NCBI GenBank assembly: GCA_028534125.1
Contig: CM052818.1
Coordinates: 4,094,001 to 4,158,000 of the forward strand
DNA from: Lama glama
Taxonomy: Eukaryota
Direction: 5' to 3'
Length of the DNA stretch: 64,000 bases
This document shows positions 37,557 to 51,046 of this stretch, piece after piece. The translations under genes were made by a program, and so were the position numbers. How positions within the stretch are numbered: position 1 is the stretch's first letter; the number at the start of each line of letters is the position of its first letter. The notes beneath the pieces were generated by a model, which worked only from the letters and a program-made list of their open reading frames with translations, searched no databases and was not told where the DNA came from.

Positions 37557-40154
37557 CCACAGCTGGGAGTTTTTCTAATGATTTTAATGGTGATGCAGAA
37601 CTCAAATGGTATTATTGAATAGAACAGAACTGGGATTCAAATTCAGGTAACCCTCACTCTGAGGTCGATATAAATGGCAAATGTTCATTGTTCACCACCT
37701 TGAACTGTTTTGAAACAATGGCTCTCAAAAGGCTATTAAAGAACATTCCGGGATTTTTTTTTTAGAAAGATGGCTTTCTTGGTGGCTTGGAGGGGTGAGC
37801 AGGAAGCTTCTATGTGCATCCATCTCTTTATCCTTCTGTCTTAGCAACCAAGGCTTTGGCTGAAGGCACAAGCCTGGCTTCTGTTCCTCTTCCCGGTGTT
37901 TCCTCCAAACCAAGTGCTCCTGGAGGGCAAAGCGGAGGAGCCGGGTCCCCAGGGCTCTGCAAGCTGCATAAGCACATTCTTGTGTGGGAAGCTCCCTGCG
38001 TGCACACTGGGTCGAGGACTTGAAACTTCCTGTCGTGACTTTGTGTGTAATAACAGCCCATTTTCCCGGGCTGCATCCAGAGACCCAGATGCGCTTCCAG
38101 CAGGCAAGGCCCCTCATCCAGGCAGTCAGAGGGGGCTGGGGAGAATCCGTGCCCTGCTCGAGGAGCCAGAGTGCAGACAGGGAAATAGGGTGCAAAGCCT
38201 GCTTTAAGGAGAATTCCTCATTCCAGGGGTCTTGAAGGGCAGAGTATCTTAATCCTCAGGCCAACGGCTCACATTTGTATATAAACTTTTTACAAGCATC
38301 ATCCTATTCGGTCCTATTAGATCTGCCCGTTACCCCAGTTTATGGGTGAGGGAAGTGATGTCTCATGGGGACACCTGCACTGCCAGTCACGTGAATGATG
38401 TGACGATGCATGCTGAGCAGACACCTTAAGGCAGCAGCGTACAGGTTCCTGTGACAGCCTTGTCTCGGCATTTGTCTTGGGCCCCTGTCTTCACAGCCAA
38501 GCTGGGCTGACGAGCGTGTTCAGCTGACACAGCGGTTCCTGGGGGCACACGGGGACCAGGGCTGTGTGCACGCATGAAGGGTGGGATGGGGCGCAGGTCC
38601 TCCAGAAGGGCGCTGGCCTGGCAGTCCTCTACATTTGAGCCTGTAGTCTTGGCAGGCAAAGATAAATGCGACAGAATGGTCTGATGATGCAATTAGATGC
38701 GTAGTGCACCTCGACGTAGACTTAATAATTCCAGACTTGGTACAGTTCTCCCAAGGTAATACCCCTGTTTACAGTTACCCGGTGCCACCCACCACCTAGA
38801 CTAGAGAAAGAAAGTAATTTTAGAATAGAAATCTGGGCTACTGTTACTAAATTTGTAGCCTACTGGTTCTCTCCATCTCTAAATTTTTTCACTATTGATT
38901 TGTTTTTTTTTTTTTTATCTACAAGAGAGCTTTCCATCTGCCATAGGTAATAAGAATGGCTTCAGTTAGGAATAAAGAGCCATCTTAAGGTGAACTTCTT
39001 GGCAAATCTGTTGAGATCTCAGAATCCCCTTCTCCCCTCTGTCTCTGCGTTTTGACCAAGTTACTTGTAACAAGCATGGCAGACCTGAACTTCCTCTTTC
39101 TTAATGGGCTTCGCTGCCATTTCTGCTCCACCCAGATCCCTGTTGGAAAGTCATCGGCAGCCCATATGGCTCCTTGGTGTCAGCTGAACACCATGTCCAC
39201 TGCAGGCTGGCGCATCCCTGCAGGCTCCGGGCTTAGCGAGCTGAGCGTGCCTCTGTGTGGAGGAAAAGGTGCCCTTCCCTGGGGTGAGCAGTCAGGTGGA
39301 GTCTCGGAGGGCAAGGTGCCCCTGGAAGACAGCAGAGTGAGGGAGCTGTGTTCGCCCCTTCAGCGGTAGAGCTGCACAGGCAGCCCGGAGGCAGGAGGCA
39401 CTCACCCCCGGGGTTCCAAATGGAGAGCTTTCTCTGCCCCTTCTGATCCTCTCCGCAGGGTCTCTAACCATTGCCCCACCCCACCTTGCCCCCAGCCCCT
39501 ATCAGTTCGGTGGTCCAGGAAGCACCCTCTGCCTCGCCTTGTACCCACTAACTCTTTTCCTATCCGATGTGAATTCACTCATGCTCGTTCCCTCCTCACT
39601 CCACTGCAATTTCCAGTAATTCTCTATTTCCAATTGGCCAAGCTTGGCTATTAGTATGTGAAGCAGACTCATTTGCAGAAAGTCAATTTGTCAGATGAAC
39701 GAGTTACCCAATTACTGAAGATTGTTAAAAGTGTTAGCATTGCCCTAATGTGCCCCAACTCCATCTACCCCCAGAAGCTGTCAGAAAAATGATTTCCTTG
39801 GACGCGAGACAGTTTGCAGAGTCACAGTAAAAGGCAGGAGCAAAAGCAGAAGCAAGTTACTTTGCTGTAAAAAGGGAAGAATGCTATCTCATTCTGGGAG
39901 CTTTGTTAGGATTAACTCCTTTAATACAAAAAAGCACTTAGAACAGCCTGGCCGGCGATATCCAGCATCCAATAAATGCTAGTGATTATAACCACTCTGA
40001 TCATTACTATTCTTAATTTCGCACACACATTTAAATAATATAAAGTAAACCATACATTAGATGAAAAATTAAAATAACAATTTAAACAAGAATGCCAGGA
40101 AAAGAAGATACGGCCAATTCAGAGGTCCATACCCTTGGTTTCATCATTTACTCG

Positions 40155-40665
40155 GGGAGGCAAGAGGGGCTGGAGACTGAGTTCAGTCACCAATGGCCAC
40201 TGATTTAATCAATTGTGGTTATGAAATGAAGCCTCCATAAAAGCCAAAAGAACGAGGTTCAGAGAGCTTCCGGCTGGTGAACACATGGAGGTGTTGGAGC
40301 TGGGGGAACGTGGAAATTCCCCATCTCTTCCCATGTATCTTGCCCGATGTAGCTCTTCCACCTGGATGTTGCTGAGTTGTATCCTTTTCTAATAAACCGA
40401 TGATCTAGTAAGTTAAATGTTTCCCTGAATTCTGTGAGCTACTCTAGCAAATTAATCAAATCCAAGGAGAAGGTGATGGGGACCTCTGATCTATAGCCAG
40501 TCGGTCAGAGACACAGGTGACAACCTGCACTTGGAATTGGCATCTGAAGTGGTGGAGGGGGGAGCAGTCTTGTGGGACTGAGCCCTGAGCATGGGGTTCT
40601 GATACTGTCTCCCAGTAGAGTGTCAGAATTAACTGCTCTGTGGTGTTAAGAAAAACACACATTGG
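40155..40665 (+). mobile_element. ERVL LTR fragment (MER21C-like)
   Basis: 'ggggctggagactgagttcagtcaccaatggcc...gagagcttccggctggtgaacacatggagg...cagtcttgtgggactgagccct'. Confidence 0.78.
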
Positions 40666-40729
40666 ACATACTAATTTCAGGTGTTCGAATGAAAAAAAAA
40701 AAGTTGCCTCTTAGAGGTAGAATACTAAT

Positions 40730-40900
40730 TGTGAGCCTAAGCAAATGACTGAACTTTGTGGAGCCTCAGTTTCCTCATCTGTAAAATGGAGATAATACCA
40801 GTAACTACCTTATAGCTTATTGTGAAACTTAATTGACATATTGCTGGTAAAGCAGTCTATCATGCTTAGGAAATAGAAAGCACTCGATAAATGAATTATG
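40730..40900 (+). mobile_element. MIR SINE
   Basis: 'gagcctcagtttcctcatctgtaaaatggagataata', a near-perfect MIR core. Confidence 0.8.
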
Positions 40901-43584
40901 TTTTTAAAAATGTCCCTTACAAATGTAGCTCTTCTAAAACACTCAGCTGCAGGAGGAAGAATCAGCACTGTAACATTTTGCTGTATCTTGGGTGAAATTC
41001 ACTTGTGCTAAGTAACGGTATCATTGACAACATAACTACTCAGCTGCTGGATGCCATATGATTTCTATGTATTTTATTTTGTCAGTAACCCTCAAATGCT
41101 CTGGGGGATGAGTTCCAATATTCTCAGAAGAGCAAGGAAAACACACAGTAACAACTATCAATGATTAAATAAGCAGCACGGATTGAAAGCCAAACAATTG
41201 ATGTGCATAACATTGGGTCCAATACTGTGAAGTCTTACATGAGAAACTTGGAGATGGTAGCCTTATTCTGAAGGTATTAGTTTTGCTTCATAACCAGCAT
41301 TTCCACGGGTGAATAAACTCAGTATTAAAGAGAGTGGTAGAGGCTTTTTCTGATCAGGGTTTGTTTTTTTTTCATTGAAGGTCATATCCAGCCCTAAAAT
41401 AGACACTCTACTTAATCCAGACCACCTGCTTCCTGGTGGTCAAGCTCCAATTCCCGCCGAATGTGTCTGGTGTCAGCCCCAGGCTAGCTGACAGGCAAAA
41501 GGCTGCCCTGTTTTGCAGCCAGAAAGGAGTGATTTCTAAGGGAAATAAGGGTTTTGCATCCTCGTCGAAAGGCAGTAATGATAAAAAAAAAAAAAAGTAA
41601 GAAGCAGAGGTACAGGTAAATGCATCATTAGTCAAGCCTCGGTTTTAGAGCAGTCACATGGCAACATTTCCTCTGCTGGCTGATGTACCAGGAGTATTTT
41701 GGAAACAGACCATGTGATACAGGCTGAAGACGTTCCAGTGCCTGATGCTCAGAAGCTGCAAGCTTCCAGCCAGAATGGGCCGTTTTAGGCTAACGTTCTA
41801 CAGGGCAGAGCATACGTTTAAGTAAGATGAAAGGATGGGGAATGCGTGACCCTAAGACCTTCCCCCCATTCACATAGAGGCCCCTACATGGAACAGGAGG
41901 AAGTTTTTCCTCTCAGCAATCTCACCGGCAGTACATCCTTCAAACGTATCCAATATGCCCACTGAGGGACCTTTTAGGCTTTTAGGAAGAGAAGAGGGTT
42001 TTCTAAATAGAAAGGAGAGTTTAAAATAAGTGAGGAAATTCAACTAGGGAGACTCATTCCTTAACACACTGAAACTGGAGATTCTTAGGAGACCCCAGTC
42101 CCAAAGTTACTCCCAAGAGATCTTATAAATGTTGAGCTGATGACAGAGGACCCTGAATTCACTCCAGGCAAAGACCAGGTGATGTGTGGCCTCCAGGCGT
42201 CCTCAGGGCAAGCAGGTGGGGTGCGACCCAGGGTTGTGGGGGAGGCATCTATCTGCAGATATTTCTCCACTTTGACACTGAATCAGAAAAGGCAAAATTG
42301 GTGATTTTTTTTCCTGGACCCACACCTGTCTTCTCTTCTTAAACTGTGTCCTTGGAAATTTTATTTGAATCCATCATTACTTAGAGATGACTTTCTGCAT
42401 TTCAGTCCTCCTCTGCGTGAGGCCAAGGCCAATACAGCACTGAGCAGATTGGACAGACTTGCTTTAGTTCCCAGCCCTGCTGCATCGAAACATTGATTTC
42501 CTCATCTGTAAAATCGATAGAGTAGTACTTAATCCAAGAGCCGATTTAAGATTTAAAGGAGATCACAGGTACAAAATGCTTGGCACAATGCCTGACAGAA
42601 TAAATGGTATCTGTTGCTCATTAATGGTGGTTACTGTTATGATGTTAATAATGACACCGATCAAGGATCCAGGATGATGGTTGAATGTGATGGGCTGGGC
42701 AGGACGGGAGGACACTGATCAGTAAATTGGGAGATAAGAGCAGAAATGGAAGTCAAAGGGCCAACTTTGATCAGTTGTCAGGCTTGCCTGACAGCAAATC
42801 TCTATCCTGCTACCAGCGTCCCCGTGCCCCCTTTTAAGGCTCTGCCTCCTCACCCATCCCAGACCTGTACTCTTAGGTGACCGGGGCCCCTCACTGTACT
42901 ATTCCGCAGTGACATTCCCCATTTGATCCATCCCTCCACCCACAGCACGGCTTATCCGGGCACGATCCCATTCCTTCATTACACAGCTTCCTGCTGGGAG
43001 TCAGATACCTACATGCTATAAAGACGGTGTTACTGATGGTGGGAGCCTTCATGGATGTCTCTCAGTAAGGTCACACTTGTGGTTCATATCCCAAAGGCTC
43101 CTGGTGGACATTCCTCAATCTTCTATGAGTCTGAAAGGGAGTTTTTTTAAAAATTTTTTATTAAAGTACAGTCAGTTACAATGTTAATCAGAGATGTTCT
43201 CAGGACTCTTTAAACCAAGTCCTCAAGTGCTTACCTTCTTTGCCTGTGTATAGACTCCGCTCTTAAAGTAGGCTGAGAGTGATCCATGGATTAAGGAAGT
43301 CTTAAACTCCTCAGATTTGTTCATGACTAAGCCACTGTTGTATTGAGATTGTTTTTTTGGTAATATCTTCAGGCTGAGTTTTCCCCATCTGAAAAATGGG
43401 TTTAGAACATAAATCCAGTTTCTATCTCGTGGGCATCTCTTATCCTAAATGAGTGAATACCTGATCAACCAGCAAGTAGGGAGGCCAGACAGTGCAGTGG
43501 TGCTGACTGGAGACAGGAGAGAGGAGAAGGTAGACTTAATATTATCCTTAGTCATGACTTGAGCCAAACTTAGCAGATTTAGAA

Positions 43585-43770
43585 CCATGTTTAATAATCC
43601 TGTCTACATATTAGAATTAACTGGAAAGTTTTTTAAGGAAAAAAAATCTTAGGCTCCACCCTCTAAGATTCTGATTCAGTTGGTATGGGGTGGGATTTGA
43701 GCACCAGAATTTTTAAAGAAGATCCTGGAGGAGATTCTGTTGTGTAGCCAAGACAGAGAACCACTGTCTT
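43585..43770. mobile_element. MER5A-like hAT element
   Basis: 'agattctgattcagttggtatggggtggg...gattctgttgtgtagccaagacagagaaccactg'. Confidence 0.7.
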
Positions 43771-44089
43771 GGGGCAGCACTGGTAATACAAAGTAGGTGG
43801 AAAATGGTACCATATTAGGCAGGTCTTAGTTGTGACCAATAGCTGGGCCCAGCTCCATATTATGGAAGCATTTAGTAACTGGTGTTCAATGGGTTTCATA
43901 GCATGGTCATGGTCTAGGGAGGAGAACTCTTAGACAGAAGACAAGGCTCACAAGAACCACTGAACAGTGGATTGGAGAAGCCCTCAAAAATCATCTAACT
44001 TTAATCCTCTTCCTTATCACTGTGTGAACACTGGCAATTCAGTTTGTCTCTGAGCCTTGGTTTCACTATCCATTAAGTGAACAGGTTAG

Positions 44090-44848
44090 TTCTACACTGT
44101 TGGTGGGAATGTAGTTTGGTGTAGCCATTATGGAAAACAGTATGGAGATTCTTTTAAAAACTAAAAACAAACTGGCCATATGATCCAGCAATCCCACTCC
44201 TGGGCATATATCCAAAAGAAACTATAATTCAAAAAGATACATGCACCCCAGTATTCATAGCAGTGCTATTTACAATAGTCAAAGCATGGAAACAACCTAA
44301 ATGTCCACAGACAGATGACTGGATAAAGAAGATGCAGTAAATTTATACAATGGAATACTACTCAGCCATAAAGAAGAATAAAAGGCCATTTGCAGCAACG
44401 TGGATGGTCCTGGAGATCATCATTCAAAGTGAAGTAAGTCAGAAAGAGAAAGAAAAATATACGAGAGCACTTATATGTGGAATCTAAAAAAATGAGACAA
44501 ATGAATTTATTTACAAAACAGAAGTAGACTCACAAACATAGAAAACAAACTTGTGGTTATCAGGGGTGGAAAGGGAGGGGTGGAGGGATAAATTGGGAGT
44601 TTGGGATTTGCAGATACTAACTACTATATATAAAATGGATAAACAGCAAGGCCCTACTGTATAGCACAGGGAACTATATTCTATACCTTGTAATAGCATA
44701 TAATGAAAAAGAATATTAAAAGGAATATATATATATATATATATGTATGTATTACTATGCTGTACACCAGAAATTTACACAACATTGTAAACTAATTATA
44801 CTTCAATAAATCAGCCAGCCAGCCACCTAATACAAAATAATAAAAATA
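44090..44848 (+). mobile_element. 5'-truncated L1 inserted in a MIR-like fragment
   Basis: ORF2 C-terminal homology, 3'UTR, AATAAA and A-rich tail; degenerate TSD aagtgaacaggttag / aaataaacaggatag. Confidence 0.9.
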
Positions 44849-45519
44849 AAATAAACAGGATAGATTAGACAAGTTCAAGGGTGTCTTCCTGTACTATTGT
44901 TCTGTGACCCTAAGATAGTTTTCAGGCATTGGAGGAAAGAGGTTGATGTTACCCTTGGGTGTGTGCTCTGCTCACTCCTCATCTGAAGTCAGTCAGCGGC
45001 TCTCCCTGTTGCTGACGAAGTGCCAGCCTTGAGCAACAGCTGAATCTCCATCCTTGGGGCCGCCCTTCACCCAGCCTTCTCCAATCGGGATGAAAGCTTT
45101 CATTTAATTCTTGTATAGGCAGCCCGTGTGAATTGCAGGCACAGCCTCTAAGTGATCTCTCTGCTCCCCGGCAAGCAGACGGCCTGACCGCTGATGGCAA
45201 CTGCAGAGGAAGTGGTGGAATGTGGAAGTTTACATGACATCAGTGCACACACATCCTCCTGTCTCGAGCCAGGAACCCAGGCATCAGCTACTGTCATGGG
45301 GCTCCTTGTCCTCCCCTTCTCCAGAGCCCTAGGCTGCCTGGGAGTCTCCTGCTCCATGCTTGTCTGAGAGGATGGGCCTCTAAGCAGAACTCAAAAGAAT
45401 TGGTTGAAACGAAAGTAACAAAAAAGTTTATTGCTTACATCGTCCGCAGCAAGCTCTGTACCAGAGATACACTCCATTCCTCCAGTCCTCAGATGCACCA
45501 AGATCCATTCGAAGGGACC

Positions 45520-45830
45520 TGCTCTGGTCTGAACATGTGTGCTCTGTCCTCCTTCCAAATTTGTATGTGGAAGTCCTACCCCACGACAGAGATGATGGTG
45601 TTAAGAGATGTGGCCTTTGGGAGTTAAGTCAGTCGTAAAGATGTCTTACAAAAAAGGCCCCACAGAGCTCCTTACCCGCTTCTGCCACATGTGGATAGAT
45701 AGAGAAGTGTGCAACCCGGAAGAGGATCTTTGCCCCACCTCTTATCTCAGACTCCAGCCTCCAGAACTGAGACAAATAAATAGAACTTAGGCTGTGGTAT
45801 TTTGTTACAGCAGCTCAACAGAGGGAGACG
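45520..45830 (+). mobile_element. MaLR LTR (MLT1A-like, internally deleted)
   Basis: 'tgctctggtctgaacatgtgt...ccagcctccagaactgagacaaataaa...ggtattttgttacagcagc'; 5-bp TSD ggacc/ggact. Confidence 0.8.
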
Positions 45831-47421
45831 GGACTTGTCGCAGCCAGCCCCCTAATGCAGAGTGTCCTGTCCAGTGCACAGACATGGAAAACCATTCGAT
45901 CTGCCTCATACTTAAGAGAAAATGCTCTGACATGTGCCAGCCCATGAGGAAATGGAGAATGTTGGTAGGAAGAGGGCCAGGAGTTTCAAAGTGCATGTTG
46001 TAGACATTTTCAGGTTCTTGGTACCTTTGCAGGCAGAAGAGAGAGTGAGGTGAAGGCGGTGGGTGGCTGGGAAAAGGCAGATTCAGCAGATCCTGCCCTT
46101 GGAAGGGCTTTGAAAGTAACAGTGGGAGCTCCAGGGTCCAACAGAGCTCCAATGGCATAGGTCAGTCTGGTTCTGCCTTCCAGAAACTGGCTCCCAGGTT
46201 CAGGTGAGGCCGGGAGCTATGCTCCAAGCACCCCTTAGGTGGCCTTTTAGGGCACTGAAGACAGGGACATCAGATCCCAAATTTTCTTTCCTAAACTTTC
46301 CTTGGATTCATGAGGACCTGGAGTCCTGGAGAAACTCTTTATGTTCTTTATTTTTTTAGCACCTTTTTTTTTAATGGTATGATTCCTGTACAGTAAACTA
46401 CACATATTTCAGATGTACAATTTGATGAATTTTGATAGATGTCTACACCCATGAAAACCATCACCACAATCAAGATGTGTTCTTCTTACATGGAGGGTGG
46501 CAAAGGAGAGGGCAGTGGTGGCTTAGGCAAGCCAGGTCCCCTCTGGATTGGGAAGAGGAATTGACACTCTGGCTGCTCTGTTATCTCGCGATACTGGCGG
46601 AAGGCGTAGTATGAGAAGCATCACCTGTCCAGGAAGGGTTTGGGATTCAATCATGGGACTTCCGCTCAGCCTGTGCTCTCGCTCCCAGCCCCAGCAAGGT
46701 CTCACAACGTGGACCCCCAACAAACAGGCTCTCCTTTGCACCTTCAAACAAATGTTCCCTTTGGAACCGTGAAGCTGGCTACTTCCATCCTCACGTCTGT
46801 ATTAACATCCAAAGAGTCAGTGTGAGGAACCCTCAGGAGAACCCGGAACACCAGCCTGCAGAACTGTAGGCATTCATCAGTGTACACTAGGTGTTCCAGA
46901 AGTGTTTCTGTGTTATTCTGTAATCGAAAAAAAAAGCAAACTCCGGAAAATCAAATACTTTATTGCTTTACTTAGTAATGTTCCCCATCAGTCTCCCGGC
47001 ACCCTAATCTTTTGTAAGCAGGTCTCCAAGGAAAAGCTCCAGGTGTCATCCTTGTCCTTGTCCGTCTGGTCCTCAGGAAGCTGGGGGTGGGTGGTGCGGG
47101 GCCTGGGTGGCAGGACTGAGAGCCACTGACCACCACCCACCTCCACCCCATCCATCCCTTTCACTCTGAATAGCGCATCACGGCCACGGGCAGCGGGGAT
47201 TAACCAGAGTGAAGAAACACAGAGAAAGTAAGAAAACAAAGGGCGAAAAAGGAATAATGGAGGAGACATAGATGCTGGGGAAGGCACAATTCTTTCTGTA
47301 GTAACTGGAGATTCCAAATCACCAATTCAGCCACGTGACTTCAAGAGTTCCAGTAAATTTGTGGGAGCAATGGGATGAAATATGTAACATTAATACAGGT
47401 GCTACCTGCTGAGAATTTGGG

Positions 47422-47634
47422 CCAGTGGTCTCCAGAGCTGAAAGCACATTTGAAAACTTGTATTTGTTTTTATCTCATCATCATTCAGTTTCTTCCCTGT
47501 GTACGTTTTATGATATCCGTGATCTAGCGATACAGTAGCACACGTATATAAGTCATAAATAAATAAATATACCTATATGGGAGAGGGTGTGCACAAATAT
47601 TTTCAAATGGCCAAAAGAGCTTGGAGACCGCCTG
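47422..47634. mobile_element. hAT-Charlie relic
   Basis: Imperfect TIRs cagtggtctcca / ttggagaccgcctg. Confidence 0.55.
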
Positions 47635-48056
47635 TCAATGACAAAAACCATTAAAGATCCATCATCCCATCTAGCAAGGCCTGGGGGCCTCACCAGGGAC
47701 CTTTGCCAAGCTGGCTTTACGTAGAAGGAAAAGGTAGCTGTCAGCTAAGGAAGCCCCTCTCCCAGCTAATTTTTTAAGTGCCTCAGGTCCTTTTAAAAGG
47801 TAAAATCACCTGCATTTTGGGACCGTCACTATTTAAACCCCCAACCAGCCTCTACGGAAGTCATATCATTCCGGCCCGCCCTATGTGGTCGTGGCCGCTG
47901 GAAAGGCAAGTGGAATTGGAAAGCTGCCCGTGCCCTGCTCATCAAGTCCTGTGCCCAGAGCTGGGTGCACCTGCCCCAGGCAGGGGAGCCCTCTGCTGTC
48001 AGAGAGGCATTGTATAGATTCACAGCAGCCCTGTTTCTTCTTTTTTTTTTTTCCCC

Positions 48057-48109
48057 TTTATTCGAATATAATTTTCTAATTGATTCTGCATTCATAAATA
48101 CAGTTTATT
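48057..48109 (-). terminator. Two candidate poly(A) signals of ARHGAP25 (3'UTR about 0.6 kb)
   Basis: AATAAA on the - strand at 48104-48109 and 48057-48062, ~600 nt past the stop. Confidence 0.6.
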
Positions 48110-48693
48110 GCTTGTTTTGTCTTTGTGTGATACTAATTCTGAGTCTCCAAGCCTGGAGAGTGTGCATCACAGTGTGGGTCGCAGAATGGGGTCCTGACTT
48201 CAGCAGGTGCAGCCCCTCAAAACACGGCCCACCCCTGCACCCCACTCGAAAGCTGAATATCATTTGTTGCCCCTGTGTCTCAGAGGCCATCCTTCTAGGT
48301 GAGTTGTTCCACACAGGAAACAAAGAACTAACGCCTCCATCCAGCCTCTGTTGGGGGCAGTCTGTGGCCTGGGCCCTGGGATGTGGCCTGCTTCAAAGTC
48401 TCCATTGGACACAGCTATCCAGCCCTGGGAGGTCCCTTCCACTTGGCCTGAGACCACCATCATGCAAGCCTTTGAAATACAGCCTCAGGGGCTCAGAGGT
48501 GTCCACACGAGTCCCTGCTCACCCTCATCTTCCTACAAACTCCACTGGTTCATTCACTGGGAAATGGGATGCTCTCCCCACAAACGTCCTCTCCCTCCTG
48601 GGGAGCAATTATGTCTCCTGGTCATCAGCGGGCACCAAGAAAGGGCGCCGTGCTGGGTCCCTGCGGGCTGTCTCTGTGGTGCTGCTGGGACCC

Positions 48694-48901
48694 TCAAGCG
48701 TCTGCCTTGGGCTCCTTCATCGATTTGACAAACTCCTTGACTTCTTCTTCCAAGGCCTTGTTCCGCCTCTCCACGTCCTCCAGGGAGCGCTCCACATTGC
48801 GGAGGCTGATTTCCAGGGCTGCCGACTTCTTCTTCTCTGTCTCCAGTTCTTCACTGAGCCTCACCACCTTGGCCCAGACGTCATAGTTCTCCTTCTCGAG
48901 G
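48694..48901 (-). CDS. ARHGAP25: ARHGAP25 last coding exon (coiled coil LEKENYDVWAKVVRLSEELE...EFVKSMKEPKADA*)
   Basis: tcctgtAG acceptor; AA+C gives Asn across the junction; TGA at 48696-48694. Confidence 0.96.
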
Positions 48902-49594
48902 CTACAGGAAGGAAAGGAAAGAATGAGAGGACAGGGCGTAACCGCTAGACTCTCCCTCGGGCCTGGCCCACAACCTCCTTTGTCCGTTTCACTTTCCACA
49001 TCACAAGACCCATCGCCAGCCCGTATCTCTTGGTTATACGCCCAGGAGGTCTGCCCGCTAAACCTGAATTCCCAGAGCCTGTCTGAACCCCTTTTGTCGT
49101 GGAACGTCCGTCTCATGACATCTCTTGTGCTGTTTTTCAGGTCATTTTCTGTTTTGTAGACTCCACCACAGCAAAGTCTTTGAATGAAGAGCCCGCCCCT
49201 GCTATTTGCAGCCCCACGGCCCTTGCACCTGTCCTGCTCAGTGGGAACTGAGGGCCTGCTGAACCCCATCCAGATTCCAGATTCCCAGCACCTGAGCACT
49301 CACGAGTGCCTTCTCATCCTGCTTCAATGGGGAGCACAGACTGACGTCGTCTCTCCTTCAGGCTCTTGGGGATCAAGATTTAGAGGACAGGGAACTGCCC
49401 GCTGGGAGCAATGGTCCTGCCTGTCTCATCCTCACTTCTGAATCCCGCTCCCAGTGAAGGATCTGTTGGGTTCCTGAATTCCCAGGATTTTCACTGGGAG
49501 CCCAGCCCTGCCTTCTGTCTTCAACGGCCTTGGCCCATTCTGCATATAACGACCTCTCCCTAAAGCCTCACCTACCCTAGCCTAGTTCTTCTTT

Positions 49595-49735
49595 TCTTTA
49601 AATTTTTTTATTGGAGTATAATCAGTTTACAATGTTGTGTTAATTTCTGGTGTACAGCATAGTGATTCAGTTTTATATATACGTTCTTTTTCATTATAGG
49701 CTATTCCAAGGTATTGAATATAGTTCCCTGCACTG
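49595..49735 (-). mobile_element. Very short L1 3' end (ARHGAP25 intron, sense to gene)
   Basis: 'ttttattggagtataatcagtttacaatgttgtg...gaatatagttccctg'; ttcttctt on both flanks. Confidence 0.85.
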
Positions 49736-49904
49736 TTTCTTCTTCAAGCCAAATTAGTCGCAATCCTTCTGGCCCACCCATTACAAATCTAATTTTCTCC
49801 TCTGAGATCCCCCTATCCCTCTTGCTTTGGAGGAAATCTCCAAAGAGACACTGTGCTAGACCTTGTCTGTGGCCTTAAGTGGAGAGGTTGAATCTGGGTG
49901 GGCC

Positions 49905-50100
49905 TGGGAGGCTGGCCGGCCGAGGTTCAAATCCTAGCCCCGCCGGTGAACAGTTGTGCAACCTTCAGGAACCTTTTTATATTTCTCAAGCCCTTATTTC
50001 TTCTGTAAAGCGGGGGCATTCCCTGTTCTACAGGATTATTGAGGGGATTATATGAGAAGGTGTGCCTGAAACATGAAGCTTAGAGCAGGCATGGCAGACT
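49905..50100 (+). mobile_element. MIR SINE
   Basis: 'ggttcaaatcctagcccc...tttcttctgtaaagcgggg...attattgaggggattatatgaga'. Confidence 0.65.
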
Positions 50101-50391
50101 GTTCATTCTCCCCACTCTCCTGAGGATGGGATGCCCCCGATGGTGGATTCAAGAGACTCTGTACCCTTCAGCAGGAGAGGGCACCCTCATGGGCCCCCGC
50201 TCTGTCAATGACACCCAAGTTAGAAACTGGGAGTCTTCTCAAGCTGCTGTGGTCACCGCCAAGACATCACCCACGTCTCGGAGACTACAAACCATTGATC
50301 TCAGGTTCTTAGACAAAGGAGCTACGTGTGGCTTCTAGATGGCCACATTCTGCAGGGAACAAAGTATCAGGACTCATCAAAGTCGTCCTTC

Positions 50392-51046
50392 TGTTAGAGC
50401 AGGCAGATAGCTAGATACGAGCAGAGAAAGGGGGACACAGACCAAATGGCAGGCATTGGGCAGAAAGGAGGGGCACAGGCCAAATGCAGGAAACCACACA
50501 TCATGTGAGCAGCAGGGGTCCCTGGGCAGAGAAAGAAAAGCAAGATAAGGGTGGATAAGGGATCATGCTTTTGGGAATGACAAGTGGCCTGGAGAAGAAC
50601 AAAGAAAGGTAAGAAAAGGCAGGAATTTCCAGTGTCCGAATGTAACCTTTTGCTCATTATGCCCTCATTTCAATAAACTCAGCCTTGCAGATCAGAAGTA
50701 TCCATCATGCACTGACACCATGACACTTCCGATCCAGACTAAATAAGGACAAAAATCCCTCCTCCCTTTGGGAAGGTGGGGTTGGGATGATAATCAGGGA
50801 ATACGGCCCCAAACCCTTCCCTCCCCAATGAATATTCCACCCATTCGTTTTTACACCCTATGTAACTCACTTGCCGAAGAAACTCAGAGCAGCCGCTCAC
50901 CTGAGCCTGCCCGCTCTCCCCTGAGAGTGTCCTGTCCATCCTTTAATAAGTCCTCGCTTTACTTTTTTTAACCACTACGTCTTGTCTCTGAATTCTTTCT
51001 GGCACAGGACAAGAACCTGAAACACCGGTTGCATCTATCAGCAACA
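50392..51046 (+). mobile_element. ERV1-type solo LTR (655 bp) in the last ARHGAP25 intron, antisense to the gene
   Basis: TGTTAG...AACA termini; perfect 4-bp TSD CTTC (50388-50391 and 51047-51050); same U5-type motif GAATTCTTT...CAAGAACC near the 3' end. Confidence 0.88.

Noticed and set aside
47965..48948. 327-aa + strand ORF
   Set aside because: Non-ATG start, antisense to the ARHGAP25 last exon and 3'UTR, runs through poly-T, and has no recognisable domain; treated as a shadow ORF.
48902..49299. ~130-codon in-frame extension upstream of the last ARHGAP25 exon
   Set aside because: A clear acceptor at 48902-48903 with the correct phase explains the exon; the extension has no protein-like features.
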